In this document: piece after piece, positions 24,371-38,938 of the stretch
How the letters are laid out: each line of letters opens with the position of its first letter
Position numbering within the stretch: the first letter of the stretch is position 1
Assembly (NCBI RefSeq): GCF_036365525.1
Contig: NC_090379.1
Location: 31,921,790-31,985,789, forward strand
DNA: 64,000 bases
Reading direction: 5' to 3'
Source: Heterodontus francisci
Taxonomy: Eukaryota
Program-made: the position numbers and the translations under genes
The notes under the pieces: model-generated
The model's database searches: none
The model's input: the letters and a program-made list of their open reading frames with translations, nothing else
What the model was told of the DNA's origin: nothing

Positions 24371-27354
24371 AGTGACAGTGGGGGAGCATTTCAGGGATAG
24401 TGACCATAACTCTAAGATTTAAGGTAGTTATGGAAAAGGACAAAGATGGACCAGAAATAAAAGGTACTGAATTGGGGGAAGGCTGATTTCAATATGATAA
24501 AACAGGATCTGGCCAAAGTGGACTGGGAGCAGCTACTTGTAGGAAAGTCTACATCACATCAGTGGGAGTCATTCAAAGAGCAAACAGTGAGAGTCCAGAG
24601 CCAACATGTACCCGTTAAGGTGAAGGGTAGGACTAACAGGCCCAGGGAACCCTGGATGTCAAGGGATATAGAGCATTGGATCAGGAAAAAAAAAGGAGGC
24701 TTACAGCAGATCCCAAATGCTGAAAACAGCGGAGGCACTAGAGGAATATAGAAAGTGTAGATGGCACTTAAAAAAGTAATTCGGAGAGCGAAGAGGGGGC
24801 ATGAAAAAAGTCTGGCGGACAAGATAAAGGAAAATCCCCAAGGCGTTTTATAAGTATATTAAGGGTAAGAGGATAACCAGGGAAAGAATAGGGCCCATTA
24901 GAGACCAACCTGGCAATCTTTGTGTGGAGCCGGAGGACATAGGTGAGGTTTTAAATGATTACTTTTCATCAGTGTTCACTATGGAGAAGGATGATGTAGG
25001 TGTAGCAATCAGGGAGGGGAACTGTGATATACTCGAACATATTCGCATTGAAAGGGAAGAAATATTAGCTGTTTTAGCAGGTTTAAAAGTGGATAAATCC
25101 TCAGGCCCAGATGAGATTTATCCCAGGCTGTTATGTGAGGCAAGGGAGGAGATAGCAGGGGCTTTGACACAAATTTTCAAATCTTCTCTGGCCACAGGAG
25201 AGGTACCAGAGGAATGGAAGACAGCGAATATGGTACCATTATTCAAGAAGGGTAGTAGGGATAAACCAGGTAATTACAGGCCGGTGAGTCTAACATCAGT
25301 GGTTGGGAAAATACTGGAAAAAATTCTGAGGGACAGAATTAATCTCCACTTGGAGAGGCAGGGATTAATCAGGTATAGTCAGCATGGCTTTGTCAGGGGG
25401 CGATCGTGTCTAACTAACTTGACTGAATTTTTCAAGGAGATGACTCAATGTGTAGATGAGGGTAAAGCAGTAGATGTAGTGTACATGGATTTCAATAAGG
25501 CTTTTGATAAGGTCCCGCATGGGAGATTGGTTAAGAAGGGATCCAGGGCAATTTGGATCCAAAATTGGCTTAGTGGCAGGAGGCAGAGGGTAATGGTCGA
25601 GGGCTGTTTTTGCGATTGGAAGCCTGTGACCAGTGGTGTACCACAGGGATCGGTGCTGGGACCCTTGCTATTTGTAGTGTACATTAATGATTTAGACGTG
25701 AATATAGGAGGTATGATCAGTAGGTTCGCAGATGACACGAAAATTGGTGGTGCCGTAAATAGTGTGGAGGAAATCCTTAGATTACAGGCAGATATAGATG
25801 GGCTGGTAAAATGGGCGGAGAAGTGGCAAATGGAATTTAATCCTGAAAAGTGTGAGGTAATGCATTCTGGGAGGACCAACAAGGCAAGGGAATAGGCAAT
25901 GGATGGTAGGACCCTAGGAAGTACAGAAAGTCAGAGGGATCTTGGCGTACTTGTCCATAGATCACTGAAGGAAGCAGCACAGGTAGATAAGGTGGTTAGG
26001 AAGGCATATGGGATACTTGCCTTTTTTAGCCCAGGCACAGAATATAAGAGCAGGGAGGTTATGATGGAGCTGTATAAAATGCTAGTTAGGCCACAGCTGG
26101 AGTACTGTGTACAGTTCTGGGCACCACACTATAGGAAGGATGTGATTGCACTGGAGAGGGTACAGAGGAGATTCACCAGGATGTTGCCTGGGCTGGAGCA
26201 TTTCAGCTATGGAGAGAGACTGAAAGGCTAGGGCTGTTTTCCTTGGAGCAGAGAAGGCTGAGGGGGGGACATGATTGAGGTGTACAAGATTATGAGGGGC
26301 ATTGATTGGTTAGATAGGAGGAAACTTTTTCCCTTGGCGGCAGGGTCAAGAACCAAGGGGCATAGATTTAGGGTAAGGGGCAGGAGGTTTAGGGCAGATT
26401 TGAGGAAACATTTTTTCACCCAGAGGGTGGTTGGAATCTGGAACAGACTGCCTGAAGTGGTGGTGGAGGCAGGAACCCTGACAGCATTTAAGAAGTATTT
26501 AGATGAGCACTTGAAACGCCATAGCATACAGGGCTACGGGCCAAGTGCAAGAATATGGGATTAGAATAGTTGGGTGCTCTATGGCCAGCACAGACACGAT
26601 GGGCTGAAGGGCCTGTTTCTGTGCTGTATAACTCTATGACTTTATTAGCACAAGACCACATTCCTGAGTCAAAAGTCATATGGTCAAAAAAATATAAACA
26701 ATAGCAAACACAGTCGGAAATAATAAACAAAACATTTATTTTGGAAAATCTGTAATTTTAACAGCTGTATTGCCAGTGAACAGTTTACAGCATATTAATG
26801 ACTTTTATGAACAATCTTAAAGGTATACAAGTGATATTTTGCAAAGGAAACAGCATTATTGCTTATAACAATTAGACACAAAGCTAATGCTCCAACCTAA
26901 AAATCATCAGGCTGCATGCTTGCTACCACTGCTTCCCAAAGCTATCCATATAACTGTTCAGTGATTATAATTCCTCAAAGAATGTGAACTCAGTATAATG
27001 GGGCTGGGCACACAGAATAACCAGTAACCTTACTGCCAGAAAATAAACTACCCATCCCACAACTTACCCATCAAATATAGGCACACAATTAACAAAGTTA
27101 AGATTTCCATTGCAGAACCCCATTTAAAATATTTTTCTTATGAAATAATCTTCACCTTCAGCAGCAAATTAAATGGGTCAGTACAAAGATTTGTAGCCAA
27201 GTTTCCCATTTTTGATCAAGATTTTGGGAATTTAAAGATTTTTTTTTTTTACTTAAAAGCACACAAAACACCAGGAGGAAATTACATCCCAGTAGTATGA
27301 GAAAAGTCAATCAATGTGCAAAGTGAAAGTGACAAGATTACTGAAATATTATTG

Positions 27355-27840
27355 CTGAATTTTAACTCCCAAAAATGAGTGGGTTGGGGTAGGTTAAAAT
27401 TTAAAAACAAATCTGAATTAGGAACCCAACCCACCTTGAACCCACCCACTTTCGGCTTTAACAGAGGCAGGACAAGGGGCAGGCGACTAATCATTTCGCA
27501 CAAGGTGGGTTGGTCATTGAAATATTTTAAAGAGGCTACATGCCTTCGTTTTAACAGTGATTCTATTTTTAATCATAGGGGCTGGATTTCCCAGGAAACC
27601 AAGCAGGTGAAAAGAGAGAAGGGCTGAACCCATGAGTTAAGTGCCTTTATGGCACTGCTTGTGGGCTAGCAGGAGCAGCAGCCTGACAGCTCTCTAGCCT
27701 GTCAATCAGGCTGGTTGTGGACAGGAATGCTGAAGAAATATTTTAAAAACGTCCAGCAGTTAAAAATGGCTGAACATTTGGGACCCTGTACTTCCAAGTT
27801 TCCTGACCTCAAAACAGCTCCTAGCACTAAAATCCAGGCT
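27355..27840. mobile_element. Degenerate Harbinger-like MITE
   Basis: Begins GCTGAATTTTA and ends TAAAATCCAGGC, like the TIRs of 16124-16899. Confidence 0.55.
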
Positions 27841-30639
27841 TTTGTATCAGTGCTGGAATTTAATTAATTGCACTTACAATGGCAACTCTAACTTCTCCAA
27901 AGTGGTTGCTGGTTTACCATTTCATTCTTTTAAAAAAATGTACCTGTAGGGATACTCACACTTTAACCTCTAATAAAGAACAGTTTCACAAAAGGTGAAA
28001 ATGCACAGTTGGAAATAGACTCCAGAGTTAGAGCAGTGCAACCTAATGTAAAATCCAGAATAAAAACACATTTTTACTGACTTCAGAAGCTTTAGTTGTT
28101 CTGTGTTTAAGCTGAAGGCAAGAGAATTGTAGGTTTACGATGAAGGTTAAAGTGGTTTCTTTCACAAAAATGTAACCAGTTGTGGAACAAAATATCTGCT
28201 TTCCTTCTTCCTTTCAATCAAATTGTATGGAAACCTCTATCAATTCATGCATTTGAGTCTTTTGATATTAATATTAAACTAAATGTCAAGCAAAAGTTCT
28301 CCATTTTGACACTGGGTTGCAAAATGAGTTAAGGTATGACGAACAATAGGTATAACTAAAATTAAATATATTTGTCTCACTTTCCTCCAAACTTCTACTC
28401 CATATCTCCAAGTTAGTGATAGAATGGCAAAGGATTTCAGAAAAGTTTACCTTGCTTCACTTTCCGTTCAGCAAGAAAAAAGGCAAACTGTCAAAGGCCA
28501 AATAGTCCACATACTGACCAAACATCAAGCTAGCTCCTCCTTATATACCTTCTGGTACGGTACTGAATGCTGAGGTCACTCCTCAGTTTACTGAATTGTC
28601 TGGCATAACTGGGGAGTTTTTAACTGCGTCTTTTAAAAAAAACTTCTTAAATTTATATACTTCAATGTAGTTTATCCACCTCTCAATAAAATTCTTAATT
28701 TTGATCCTTTTTTTAACAACTGCTCAAAAAAAACAAAGACTTGGATTACTTGAGTTCTTTCACTTGGCAAAGTCACAAAATGGCCATATGCCCACATTTG
28801 TTCTTCAGCATTGTGCCTGCTTGCTTTGCATTTTCTTGAGCAAGAATAAAAAGGGAGAGAAAAAAGGTCAATAGAGTAAGATTAGCGTAGAAATATTTAC
28901 TAAAGACTTATTTTCACTCTTCTTGGCTGAAACTCATCATTGACATATCAAATGCAAAGAAAGACAGCACTTTCTTTGGAAAGGCTTATGTTTTTCCATA
29001 ATAAAAAGGTGACAATAGGTCTTCTACAATGATTGCTGTCATTTCATTGTCCGGGCAGATAAACTCCAGAGAGCAAGAATATGAATAAACTAGAATAGTA
29101 CACCTAACTTTATTTGTGGAACAGATAATGAAAAATAAAAATATCTCAATGAAATTCAAACAGTTATGGAAGCAAATTAAAGAGGAAGCTGCTGGTGCCA
29201 ATTAATTTCATATTTACAATTCAAACATATTTAGTTCTGAAATAAGCAAATGGATTATTGGAATAGTCCTGTTAACTAATTGGGCAGGCTTGATTTTTGT
29301 TGTCTGTTGTGAAATTGTGCAGAAATGCCAATAAAATTAATGGATACACCAACTCGTCTTCTCCAGCCTATAATATTCATATGTTCGATTTCTGTAGGCA
29401 ATTTAACCAAGCCTGCAATTTTTTGCAACATGTTGCATTATCAACTATATCCCCTCAAAGGAAAATCTTGTCTCTGGAATCCATTACTTTGCAAGCATAC
29501 TCTTTCAAAATGACGTATAGTAATCAGAAACATTCATTTGTAATCTTAATTTTACTGGCTTTTCTGCACTGGTATTGCTTAGCACTCATTGCATTACTAT
29601 GCAAGAAAGAAAGAATTATGCAAGACCCGAAGGTAGGTATGAGGCACACAAAAATTTCACAACAGACAACAAAAATCAGTGATACCCTCACAGTATTCTC
29701 AAACATGCAAAAAGATGTAAACCAATTATTCCCCTCATCATTTCACAACTAAACATACAGATGAGGGAGGCCACTCAGCCCATCTAGCATATTATTCCAT
29801 AGAAATCTACAGTTCCTCCCCACCCCCTTTGTTACAGCATCAAATCATGAATAGGTTCAGAGTTTTTGCCTTCTTTTACACAATCAAAAGACAATTCCAG
29901 ATATCCGTCAGTGTGCACCAAAAAGTGCTCCCTGACTCAGTCCTCAACTTGCCTACAAGTCAGTAGCAATGGGAAGCACTCCTACTACTGTTTCAAACTC
30001 TGGCAATTATTAATGAAAGCGTCCAAGGGCCAGAAAACAACAAGTGCTCAAGCAGTAAACACAACTGATCAAAGGAATAAGAGCTCCCACTTGTACAACA
30101 TAGGGTACTATTTGAAGAACAAAGGAAGCCAACAGAAGGATTTGATCTCGTCTTTCAAATCAAATTGGCCATTACCATTTCCCCCCAAACTACAGCTAAA
30201 AATGTTCTGAAATAGAAGAACGTGATATATTTAATCAATGTAATTTTAGATGGCCCAGATAAACCATTTTAATCTGAGCACTCAAGCTAAAAATCATATA
30301 TGTTAAACTTTAAATTTTCATGTCCTGTAACTGCACATTAATTTGAACAATATGAAAGGGAGGACATCCCACAATCAGGATTTTCTTTTAAGCATTAATC
30401 TAGTACAAAGACTTGTAATTCGCATCTTTTGTTTTATATTATTCATTTATTGAAAATTTTCATTTCAACAGAAAATGATGATTACAGTACGGAGGACACT
30501 AGTTTGTAAAGGTTACTAATCCCAATACCAACATGAGTTAACATACACTATTGATGTTGACACTGATTACTGTATTTCTACTAATGTTAACTCAGCTCCA
30601 TAAAACTGGAACTTGTTCAAGCTATCATTGCCATCCACA

Positions 30640-32865
30640 GTATCTCCAGTCCAACAAAGAAGGAAACAGTTTTGGATTGGGTTCTGGAAATTAAATAGGA
30701 CAAGCGAAGAGTGTTACAGTAGGAGATCACCATAACAATTTGGTTTAAAAGTAATTGCGGAGACTAGAAAACATCCAAGGTAAAAATGCGCAACTCGGGA
30801 AGAGCTAATTTCAGTGATTTAGGAAGGGATCTAGCACAGGTAGATTGGAAAAAGTGATTTCAGGATAAAGCAGTGATGGAGCAGAGCAACGGAAGGCATT
30901 CAGGGCAGAGATAGTTCAGGTACAACTAAGTATATTGCTTTGAAGGGAGAAGGAAGAGCATCCAAAGCTAATACACCTTGGATGACACAGAGAATAAAAG
31001 TTAAAAATAAAACAGAAAAAGGAGAGTTATGCCAAATATCAGGAGCAAGATTCAGTTAATAACCAGAAAGATTATGGAAAGTACAGGGGGGAATTGAAGA
31101 AGTTAATAGAAGAGACAACGAGTCATTATGAGAAAAGATTAGCAAGTAATATTAAATGTTTTAGGCTTCAATTTAATGAACATATAAAGTGCAAGTTGCT
31201 TGCTAGGTAAAAGTTTGGGCCTGTTAAGGACTCAAAGGAAGATCTTCCTGTAGAGGCAGGAGGACATGGCTAAAATATTAAATGAGCAGCTTGTATCTGT
31301 CTTTACAAGGAAGTGACTGATGTGAAGGTTACACTAAAAGAGAGGGAATTTATGGACTGGATAATAATAAAGAAGATGTAATAAAAAGATCATAACTGAA
31401 AGTAGGCAAGTCATCTGGTCCAGATGGAATGCAGCCTAGGTTGCTAAAAGTAGAAATAGTAGAGGCATTGGTCACAATCTTTTAATCCACATTGACTATA
31501 GGAATACTGCCAGAGGACTGGAGAGTTGCTAATGTTTTGCCACTTTTCATTAGTGCGGAAGTTATTGGAAATCATTATCGGGTCAAAATAAACTTTCATT
31601 TGGAAGGGCATGGATTAATCGAAGAGAGCCAGAATGGATTTGTTCATAGTAAATCGTGTCTGACTAACTTCATTGAATCCTTTGATGAGGTAACAGAGAA
31701 AGTTGATCAAGCTAATGCAGTCGGTGTATATGTGGACTTCTGGAAGGCATTCAAAGTGCCACGCAGGAGGTTTATTAAGAAGTTGGAAACCCATGGTGTT
31801 AAGGGACAAGTGACAGTATGAATACAAAATTGGCTAAGTGACAGGAAGCAAAGGGTGTTGGTGGATGGATGTTCTTCAAACTGAGAAGTGATTTTCAGTG
31901 GTGTTCCCCAAGGGTCAGTTTTGGGTCCATTACACTTTGCAATTTTTTTTTTTATATAAATGGCCTAGACTCAGGAGCAGAATAAAGTTTGTAAATGATA
32001 CGAAACTTGGCAAAGTAATAGATAAGGACAATTATAGGGTTCAGGATGACTTAAAACGGATAGTGAAATAAGCAGAAGTATGGCAGATGTATTTCTATAA
32101 GGAGAAGTGGAAGGATTAAGATGAAAAGGTAGTTTACATTAAATGTCAATTTTGAAAAGTGTAGATGAACAGAAAGATCTTGATGTTCATAGATGCAAAT
32201 CCTTAAAAGGTGCCAGGAAAAATTGATAAGATGGTTAAAAAAGCATTGGGCTACTTGATTTTATATAGAGAGAAATGGAATATAAAAGCAAAGATCATGC
32301 TACAACTTTATACATCACTGGTTGGACCTCAACTGGAGTATTGTGGACAATTCTGGGCACCACATTTCAGAAAGATGCAAATGCATTAGGAAGGCTTCAG
32401 AAAATGTTTACCAGGATGTTCGCAAGGATAAGGGACTTCAGTATGAGGAAAGCTTGGAAAAGTTAGGACTGTTCTCCCTGGAGCAGAGAAGGTTATCAAG
32501 TGACCTTATAGAGGTTTTCAAGATGATGAGAGTTTTGATAGAGTAAATAAGGAAAAATATTCATCGACAGTGGGTCACTAACTAGAGGTCATGGATTCAA
32601 AATCATTGGCAAAAGATCTAGACAGATGATAATTTTTCACTCAGATTTGACGGGATCTGGAACACTATTTGGAAAGGTGGTGGAAGCTGATCCCATAAAT
32701 AATTTTAAAAGGGTGTTGGAGAGGTACTTGAGGACGAGGAACTTGCAGGGTTAAAGACAAAAAGCGAGCTTGTGGGACTAAGCATGAGAGCTCTTTCAAA
32801 GAGCCAGCAAAGGCACGACGCGCCAAATGGCCTCCTTCTGTGTTGTTAAGTTTCTATAATTCTAT
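30640..32865 (+). mobile_element. Old degenerate CR1 LINE ORF2 and tail
   Basis: PEDWRVANVLPLF, QNGFVHSKSCLTN, LGLFSLEQRRL; tail ATGGCCTCCTTCTGTG...TTCTAT. Confidence 0.88.
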
Positions 32866-34659
32866 GCCATCATTACTCGTGGTTTTAAACAAAAATACCA
32901 AACAGGGAGAAACAAAACGGAAGCTCATTCCTTGCAGCATGTATTTTTCCCCCTAAATATCTGATCTTGATGGCAAGACCCTTAAGTATGAATGCTATAA
33001 ATTACTTAGTTGCACTAATCCACAGTTAAGCTTTATAACTTAATTGAAATCACCCAAATGTGCAAAGCTGGAAATTTATATCAAGCAGATATAAATACCT
33101 GTTGTAAATGTTCTATCATCTTTTGCAAATTAGAAACGTCCGCACATCTGTTGGCAAGTAAACCCAACAGTTTCTAGCACACAAACTGAATTGGTGAGGC
33201 CAAACTACAAACACTGGGGGATCAGATTCAGTTCAGGTCATCCTGACCCAAACTGAATATGATCTTTATGCAACTATAAGGATATGAATGATATTATTTA
33301 TTTGATAGGCTAAAGCAGGTTTATCTGGCAGGTGGCAAACGATGAAGTAGAAAACATTCAAAATGTTTTGTAACAAGATGTCACTTTTAGGGAAAATCAT
33401 TTTATATTTGTTAGGATAAGACAATATTTCAATGTATTCTGTATTTGCAAAAGCTCTCATATTGAAAATCATTTCCTTCAAGAAAGGGAAACAGTGCTCA
33501 GAGTGAAACCATATGCTTTCTAAAAGAGAGAGAGGCTTTGTGGCCTAGCAATTCTTAATTAAATTCTATGTTGGATTCAATGCAGGAGGCCTAGACTCTA
33601 ACCCGAACCTGTATATCCTAAAGATTATAACTCTTATGTGCAATTTTCACTATTCCTTAGCTAGTGCCTTAGATGCAGTACCAAACAGAGGCAGTAGAGG
33701 TGAAAAGGAAAAAATAAATCACAGAAGAATCAATCGTACTCCAGAGAGTGCATCCATCAGCTAATCTTGATTATGTCCACTGAGAGGGCCCTAACCCAGA
33801 TTGCTGTACTGTCCTGGCTGAAAGACAACACCATGCATTACAGTGAGATAAGGGAATTAAATTAACTTCAAACTGCAACGAGTAAATGGGAAAAGAGCAA
33901 TTTTGTTACAATTAAAGCAATCTTTTATAGGATACTGGGGAAGGGAAAAAGATTAATCGTGGTGGAAGGAGAAAAAGGAACGGGCTCACACATGTAAACT
34001 CAACATAAACTAGAAAAGATTCAATTGTGTTCCAGTCATGTTGCAATTTCTTGCTTTAAAAAAATCTGTTTAATCTAAGCAGACATGCAACAGACAGACT
34101 ACTGAGCCTGCACATTCAGAAGAATATTTTACATTTAACAGAATTTATGACTAGAAAGTCTTTATGGTAGACTCAAGAAAGATTATTAAGGGCTTACTTG
34201 GAGCATCCCCCAACCACCATTACCAGCAAAATATTCTTGCAATTTTGCTTATATAAATACTGTACAAAGTACAGAGATGAAATTAAAGGTTGAGAAAACA
34301 ATCTCTGTAAATGCGCACTCCCGTCAATGGGCCATGTAAAACAAACTGCCAGAGGCGTATAATGTATTTTCCTCATATAGAGAAAAAAAAAATCTACCTT
34401 CTGCAATTGCACAGAATAATATTATAATTTATTATAAAATCTTAATAATGGCTTGGCCATTGCTTGCTAAAGTCATTATTTATTTACCATCGCAATAGTG
34501 CATAATATCTGGCTAATTACCTTTTCGGGAAATAAGCTTTCATTATGGTGTAAATTATGAGAAACTGTTTGGGTTTTTTTTTAGCATAGTCAAGTCGTTC
34601 TGTTTGATACTTGGTTTTAATACGAGGGCCATTTAATCAAAGTAGCCCAAATCAGATAA

Positions 34660-37155
34660 TATGCAAGCTTTGGACAACATTCAGGCTTAGGCTGATAAAT
34701 GGCAAGGAACATTCATGTCAGACAAGCGCCAGGAAATGACCATCTCCAACAAGACGGAAGCTAACCACTACCCCTTGACATTCAACAGCATGACTAATCG
34801 CTGAATTCCCCAACATCCTGCGGGGGGCGGGTCACCATTGACTAGAGACTTAACTGGAAAAGCCATATAAATACTGTAGCGACGAGAGCAGTTCTGAGGC
34901 TACGTATTCTGCAGTGAGTAAATCACCTCCACTCGCCAAAACCTTTCCACCACAAGGGACAAGTCAGGAGCATGATGGAATACTCTCCATTCGCCTGGAG
35001 CAGTGCAGCTCCAAAAACACTCAAGAAGTTTGACGCCATCCAGAACAAAGCAGCCTGCTCGATTGGCACCCCCATCCACCGTCATAAACATTTACTCACT
35101 CTACCACCAGCACACCATAGCTGCAGTGTGCACCATCTACAGATGTACTGCAGAAACTCTCCAAGGCGCCTTAGAGTCAGAGTCATTTACAGCACAGGAG
35201 GATTCAACCCATTGAGTCCATGCCGGCACTCTAGGGAGCTATTCAGTAAGTCCCACTCCCCAGCTCGATCCCCATAGCCCTGCAAGTCCATTTCCTTCAG
35301 GTGGCCATCCAATTTCCTTTTGAAGTCATTGATTGTTTCCGTTTCCACCACCTTTGTGGGGACAAAGCTCCAGATCATTACCGCCCGCTGCATAAAAATG
35401 TTCTTCCTTATATTCCCCTGCATCCCTTGCCCAAAGCATTCAATCTGTGTCCCCTAGTCCTTGAACCATTAGTTAATGGAAACAGTTTTTCCTCATCTAA
35501 CTTATCTAAACCTATCATTATCTTCACACCTCCATTAAATCTCCCCTCAATCTCCTTTGTGCTGAGGAGAACAACCACAGTTTTTCCAATCTAACCTTTT
35601 AACTAAAAACCCCAATCCCTGGAATCATTGATAAATCTCCACTGCACCGTCTCAATGACCCTCACATCCTTCCTAAAGTGTGGTGACCAGAACTGGATGC
35701 AATACTCCAGTTGGGACTTAACCAGAGCTTCATCAAGGTTCAGCACAACTTTCCTGTTTTTGTACTCAATGCCTCAATTTTAAAGCCCAAGATCCCATAT
35801 GCTTTACTAACCACTCTCTCAATATGTTCTGCCACCCTCAAAGATTGATACACATGCACTCCCAAGTCCCTCTGTTCCTGGACACTCTTTAGAACTGTGC
35901 CATTACGTATATATTGCCTCTCTTTATCCCTTCTGCCAAAATGCATAACCTCACACACATCAGTATTAAATTCCACCTGCCGCTTCTCTGCCCATTCTGA
36001 TAGTCTATGTCCTGTTGCAGGCAGTTCATATCATCTCATATCATTTGGTATATCAACAAATTTTGAGATTCTACTCTGTATTCCAAGAGCCGAGTCGAAT
36101 ACAGCAAAAAAAAAACAGTGGTGCCAGCACTGACCCTTGGGGAACACCACTGTCAACCATCCTCCAGTCTGAAAAACAACCATTTACTAAAACTCACCAT
36201 TTTCTGTCCTTAAGCCAATTTTTAATCCAATTGGACACTGACCCTCCTATTCCATGAGCCTCAATTTTCCTAACCAGACTTTTATGTGGTATCTTAACAT
36301 TTTCTTAAAATCCATATAAAGCTTTAGCATTTCCTTCATCAACCTTCCTTGCTACTTCATATAAAAACTCAATTAGATTAGTCAAGCATGATCTGTCGTT
36401 TACAAATTCATGCTGGATATCCTTAATTAACTCCAATATCTCAAAGTGTCTGTTGATTTTTTTCCCGATTATTGTTTCTAAAAGCTTATCCACCAGTGAT
36501 GTTAAACTAACTGGCCTGGAGTTGCTAGGGCTTCATTTCTTGAATAAGGGTGTTACATTTGCCACTCTTCAATCCTCTGGCACCTCCCCAGTATCCAGGG
36601 GAGATTGGAAGATTATGGCAAGCCCTTCCGCTGTGTCCATCCCCATTTCCTTTAGCAAACTAGGATGCTAGCCATCTTATGACTTATCTACCTGAAGCAT
36701 AGCCAGCTTTTTTAGTACCTCTCCTCTCAATTTTTACCCGATCCATTGCCTCTACTCTCTCCACTTCTAGCAATATTTTGTCAGATTCCACTTTCTTGGT
36801 GAACGCTTATACAAGGTACTCATTAAGTATTTTAGCCTTGCCCTGTGCCACTAAACATCTTTGCCTAACAAAGCACCTTACAAACTCACAACCTCTTCCT
36901 AGAACAACGGCAGCAAGCACATGGGAACATCACCAGCTGCAAGTCACTCTCCAAGTCACATACCATCTTGACTTTGGAAACAGATCGCTGTTGCTTCATT
37001 GTCATTGGAACAAGATCCTCAAACTCCCTATCCAAGAGCACGGTGGGTATACCTACACCACATGGAATGAAGTGGTTCACCACCACCTTCTCGAGGGTCA
37101 TTAGGGATGGGCAATAAATGCTTGCCTTGCCAGCGACGTCCACATCCCCTGAACA
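34660..37155 (+). mobile_element. CR1-group family B 3' fragment (34660-35173 plus about 36862-37155), split by an opposite-strand CR1
   Basis: Both pieces follow 5510-6338 consecutively (MEYSPFAW...TLKKFDAIQNKAA, then the 3' UTR). Confidence 0.8.
35174..36860 (-). mobile_element. CR1 (HER1-like) LINE, 5'-truncated
   Basis: MEFNTDVCEVMHFGR, RSCLTNLIEF and a GVPQGSVL-like segment; AGAGTC tail at 35174. Confidence 0.88.
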
Positions 37156-38148
37156 AATCGAGTAATAGTACCACAATGTTTTTTTGTACCAAATAATCTT
37201 GCACTTAATGGGCAGCATAAGCCTTTATTATAGGAGATGATTTCTTAGAGCTATTAGCTATATACTCCACAATGTACATCTAGGTTTAACCAAAAAAACT
37301 CATTCTACCAAGATGTTGTGATTTCAGTGTGAAGATGCAGAATGCATCCAATAATCAAGCAACAGGTGTGAGCTGAGGAAATCACATAACATGAAAAACC
37401 AAAGAGTGATGAAATGGACAGCAATTCCCTCTTTCTACCCTGCACAAAAAATACTCTTTCAAAGAAACAGGAGGTACAAAAGACCAAACTGGCTCAAGCA
37501 TTTTATCTAGCAAACTCACACCACCCCACTCCTCCACGGAGCACCGCTTTTGAATAACTTTCTGAAGTGACTGTTACAATTTGGGCTTCTTCTCAATAGT
37601 CTATTTGTCCTCTTGAAAAACTCAACTTCCACAGGCAAGGTCACACTTCCTATGAACTTAAATGACTGCGTGTGTGCAGCATCTAGGAATGTCACCACAA
37701 AGCAAACCCTGAATCTTCATATCGTTGGGGAATACAACAAAAATAGTATGGGATCAGCATATACTACTAATCTCCCCTAATTGGTGTGAAGCACTAAACT
37801 GATATGCAGCCAAGGCTGAAAACTATAATCCCGTTTGTTACAAGAAGCAAAAATAAGTCACAGAAGACTGCAATATATTACTTAACTTTCATTAGTACAT
37901 GAATTGAGTTTCTGAGATCAACATAAATGGTGTTTGATGTTCTTAGTCCTTAGAATTGTGCTTTTCATAATCATGGGCACTTTATGCACTATGGATTCTG
38001 AATCATCACAGAGACTTCAATGAGTAATACGCAAATGAATGGAACTTCAACTGGAAAAAGCTTACCATATCCATTCTCACAATCAAACAGCTTCTGCACA
38101 CAGAAGCTATTAATCAAAATCAGAACAAACACACAACACTAACACATT

Positions 38149-38901
38149 GGTGCAGATTTTGTGGAAAAAGGTCATCAGTACTCACTTAAGAGTAAATCGG
38201 GAGCAACTTCCAAAGATCACATAGCAGAGTTAAATGTGGAAATCAGGCATTGTTGTTCAAGTTACCCTGCTCCTCCTCAAGCTTTACTATAACAGTATCT
38301 CATCAAGAGACTTGACATTCAAATACACGCAAGTGTGTGTTACTGCAGTTCTTACCCACTCGATACCCTCTAAACTCACCAGTAAAGGTTCTGGGCTTGT
38401 CCATTCCAGTGTCAGTAAATTTTTAATTTTAAAATCTTAATTACTGCCAAACCATCTCTCTGGCTCTGAAAGTGTACTTGTACAAGTGTGGAGTCTTATC
38501 CCTAAAGATTTTAATTATTGTTGGAGAGTTAAAAACAAATAATTTTTTTATAAACATTTTTCTTGTAAAATTTTTAAACTTCATCTTTTGTTCCATCTCT
38601 ACTTCACTTTCCATACATGAATTGGCACTGAATGAACTATTCTTAGTTACACTTCCCAGTTTGGACTGCGTTACATCAATAAGAATTTTTCATTCTGATT
38701 GGTTAAGGAGGTAAGGAAATATACTGTACCTGCTTGCCCTACTCACACAGTGCTCAGATCCCCTGTAGAGGGAACTGTGCCATAGTGGTTTTCTAATGAC
38801 TACAAATTCCAATTCAAAAACACATGGGAGGTCTGTGGGTGAGTAGAAGTGGCATGAATGGTTGGCACCATCCACTCACCACTGACCACAAAATCTGGGC
38901 T
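38149..38901. mobile_element. MITE, same family as 7996-8737
   Basis: GGTGCAGATTTTG ... CAAAATCTGGGC termini; internal similarity (GTAAATTTTTAAT, CTCTGGC.CTGAAA, AAGAATTTTTCATTCTGATTGGTTAAG). Confidence 0.72.
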
Positions 38902-38938
38902 AACATGTTAATGAGAAATTGGACAAACCCGCCACAAT

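Larger units (their letters stand above)
22275..26641 (+). mobile_element. Near-full-length CR1 LINE (ORF1 zinc finger + SGNH esterase; ORF2 APE-RT), inactivated
   Basis: ORF1: CSSC...CRKC, IVIGDSIVRG, VVVHIGTND, DGLHLN. ORF2: IIVGDFN, NYRPVSLTS, GVPQGSVLGP, FADDTKIG. Tail CTGTATAACTCTATGACT. Left boundary approximate. Confidence 0.93.

Noticed and set aside
29297-29752. 151-aa ORF with a hydrophobic stretch
   Set aside because: Non-ATG start, AT-rich intronic DNA, no splice or homology support.
37520-37682. Possible minus-strand exon with a gtgagt donor
   Set aside because: Weak acceptor, 163 nt (frameshifting), no similarity to PPP4R4.
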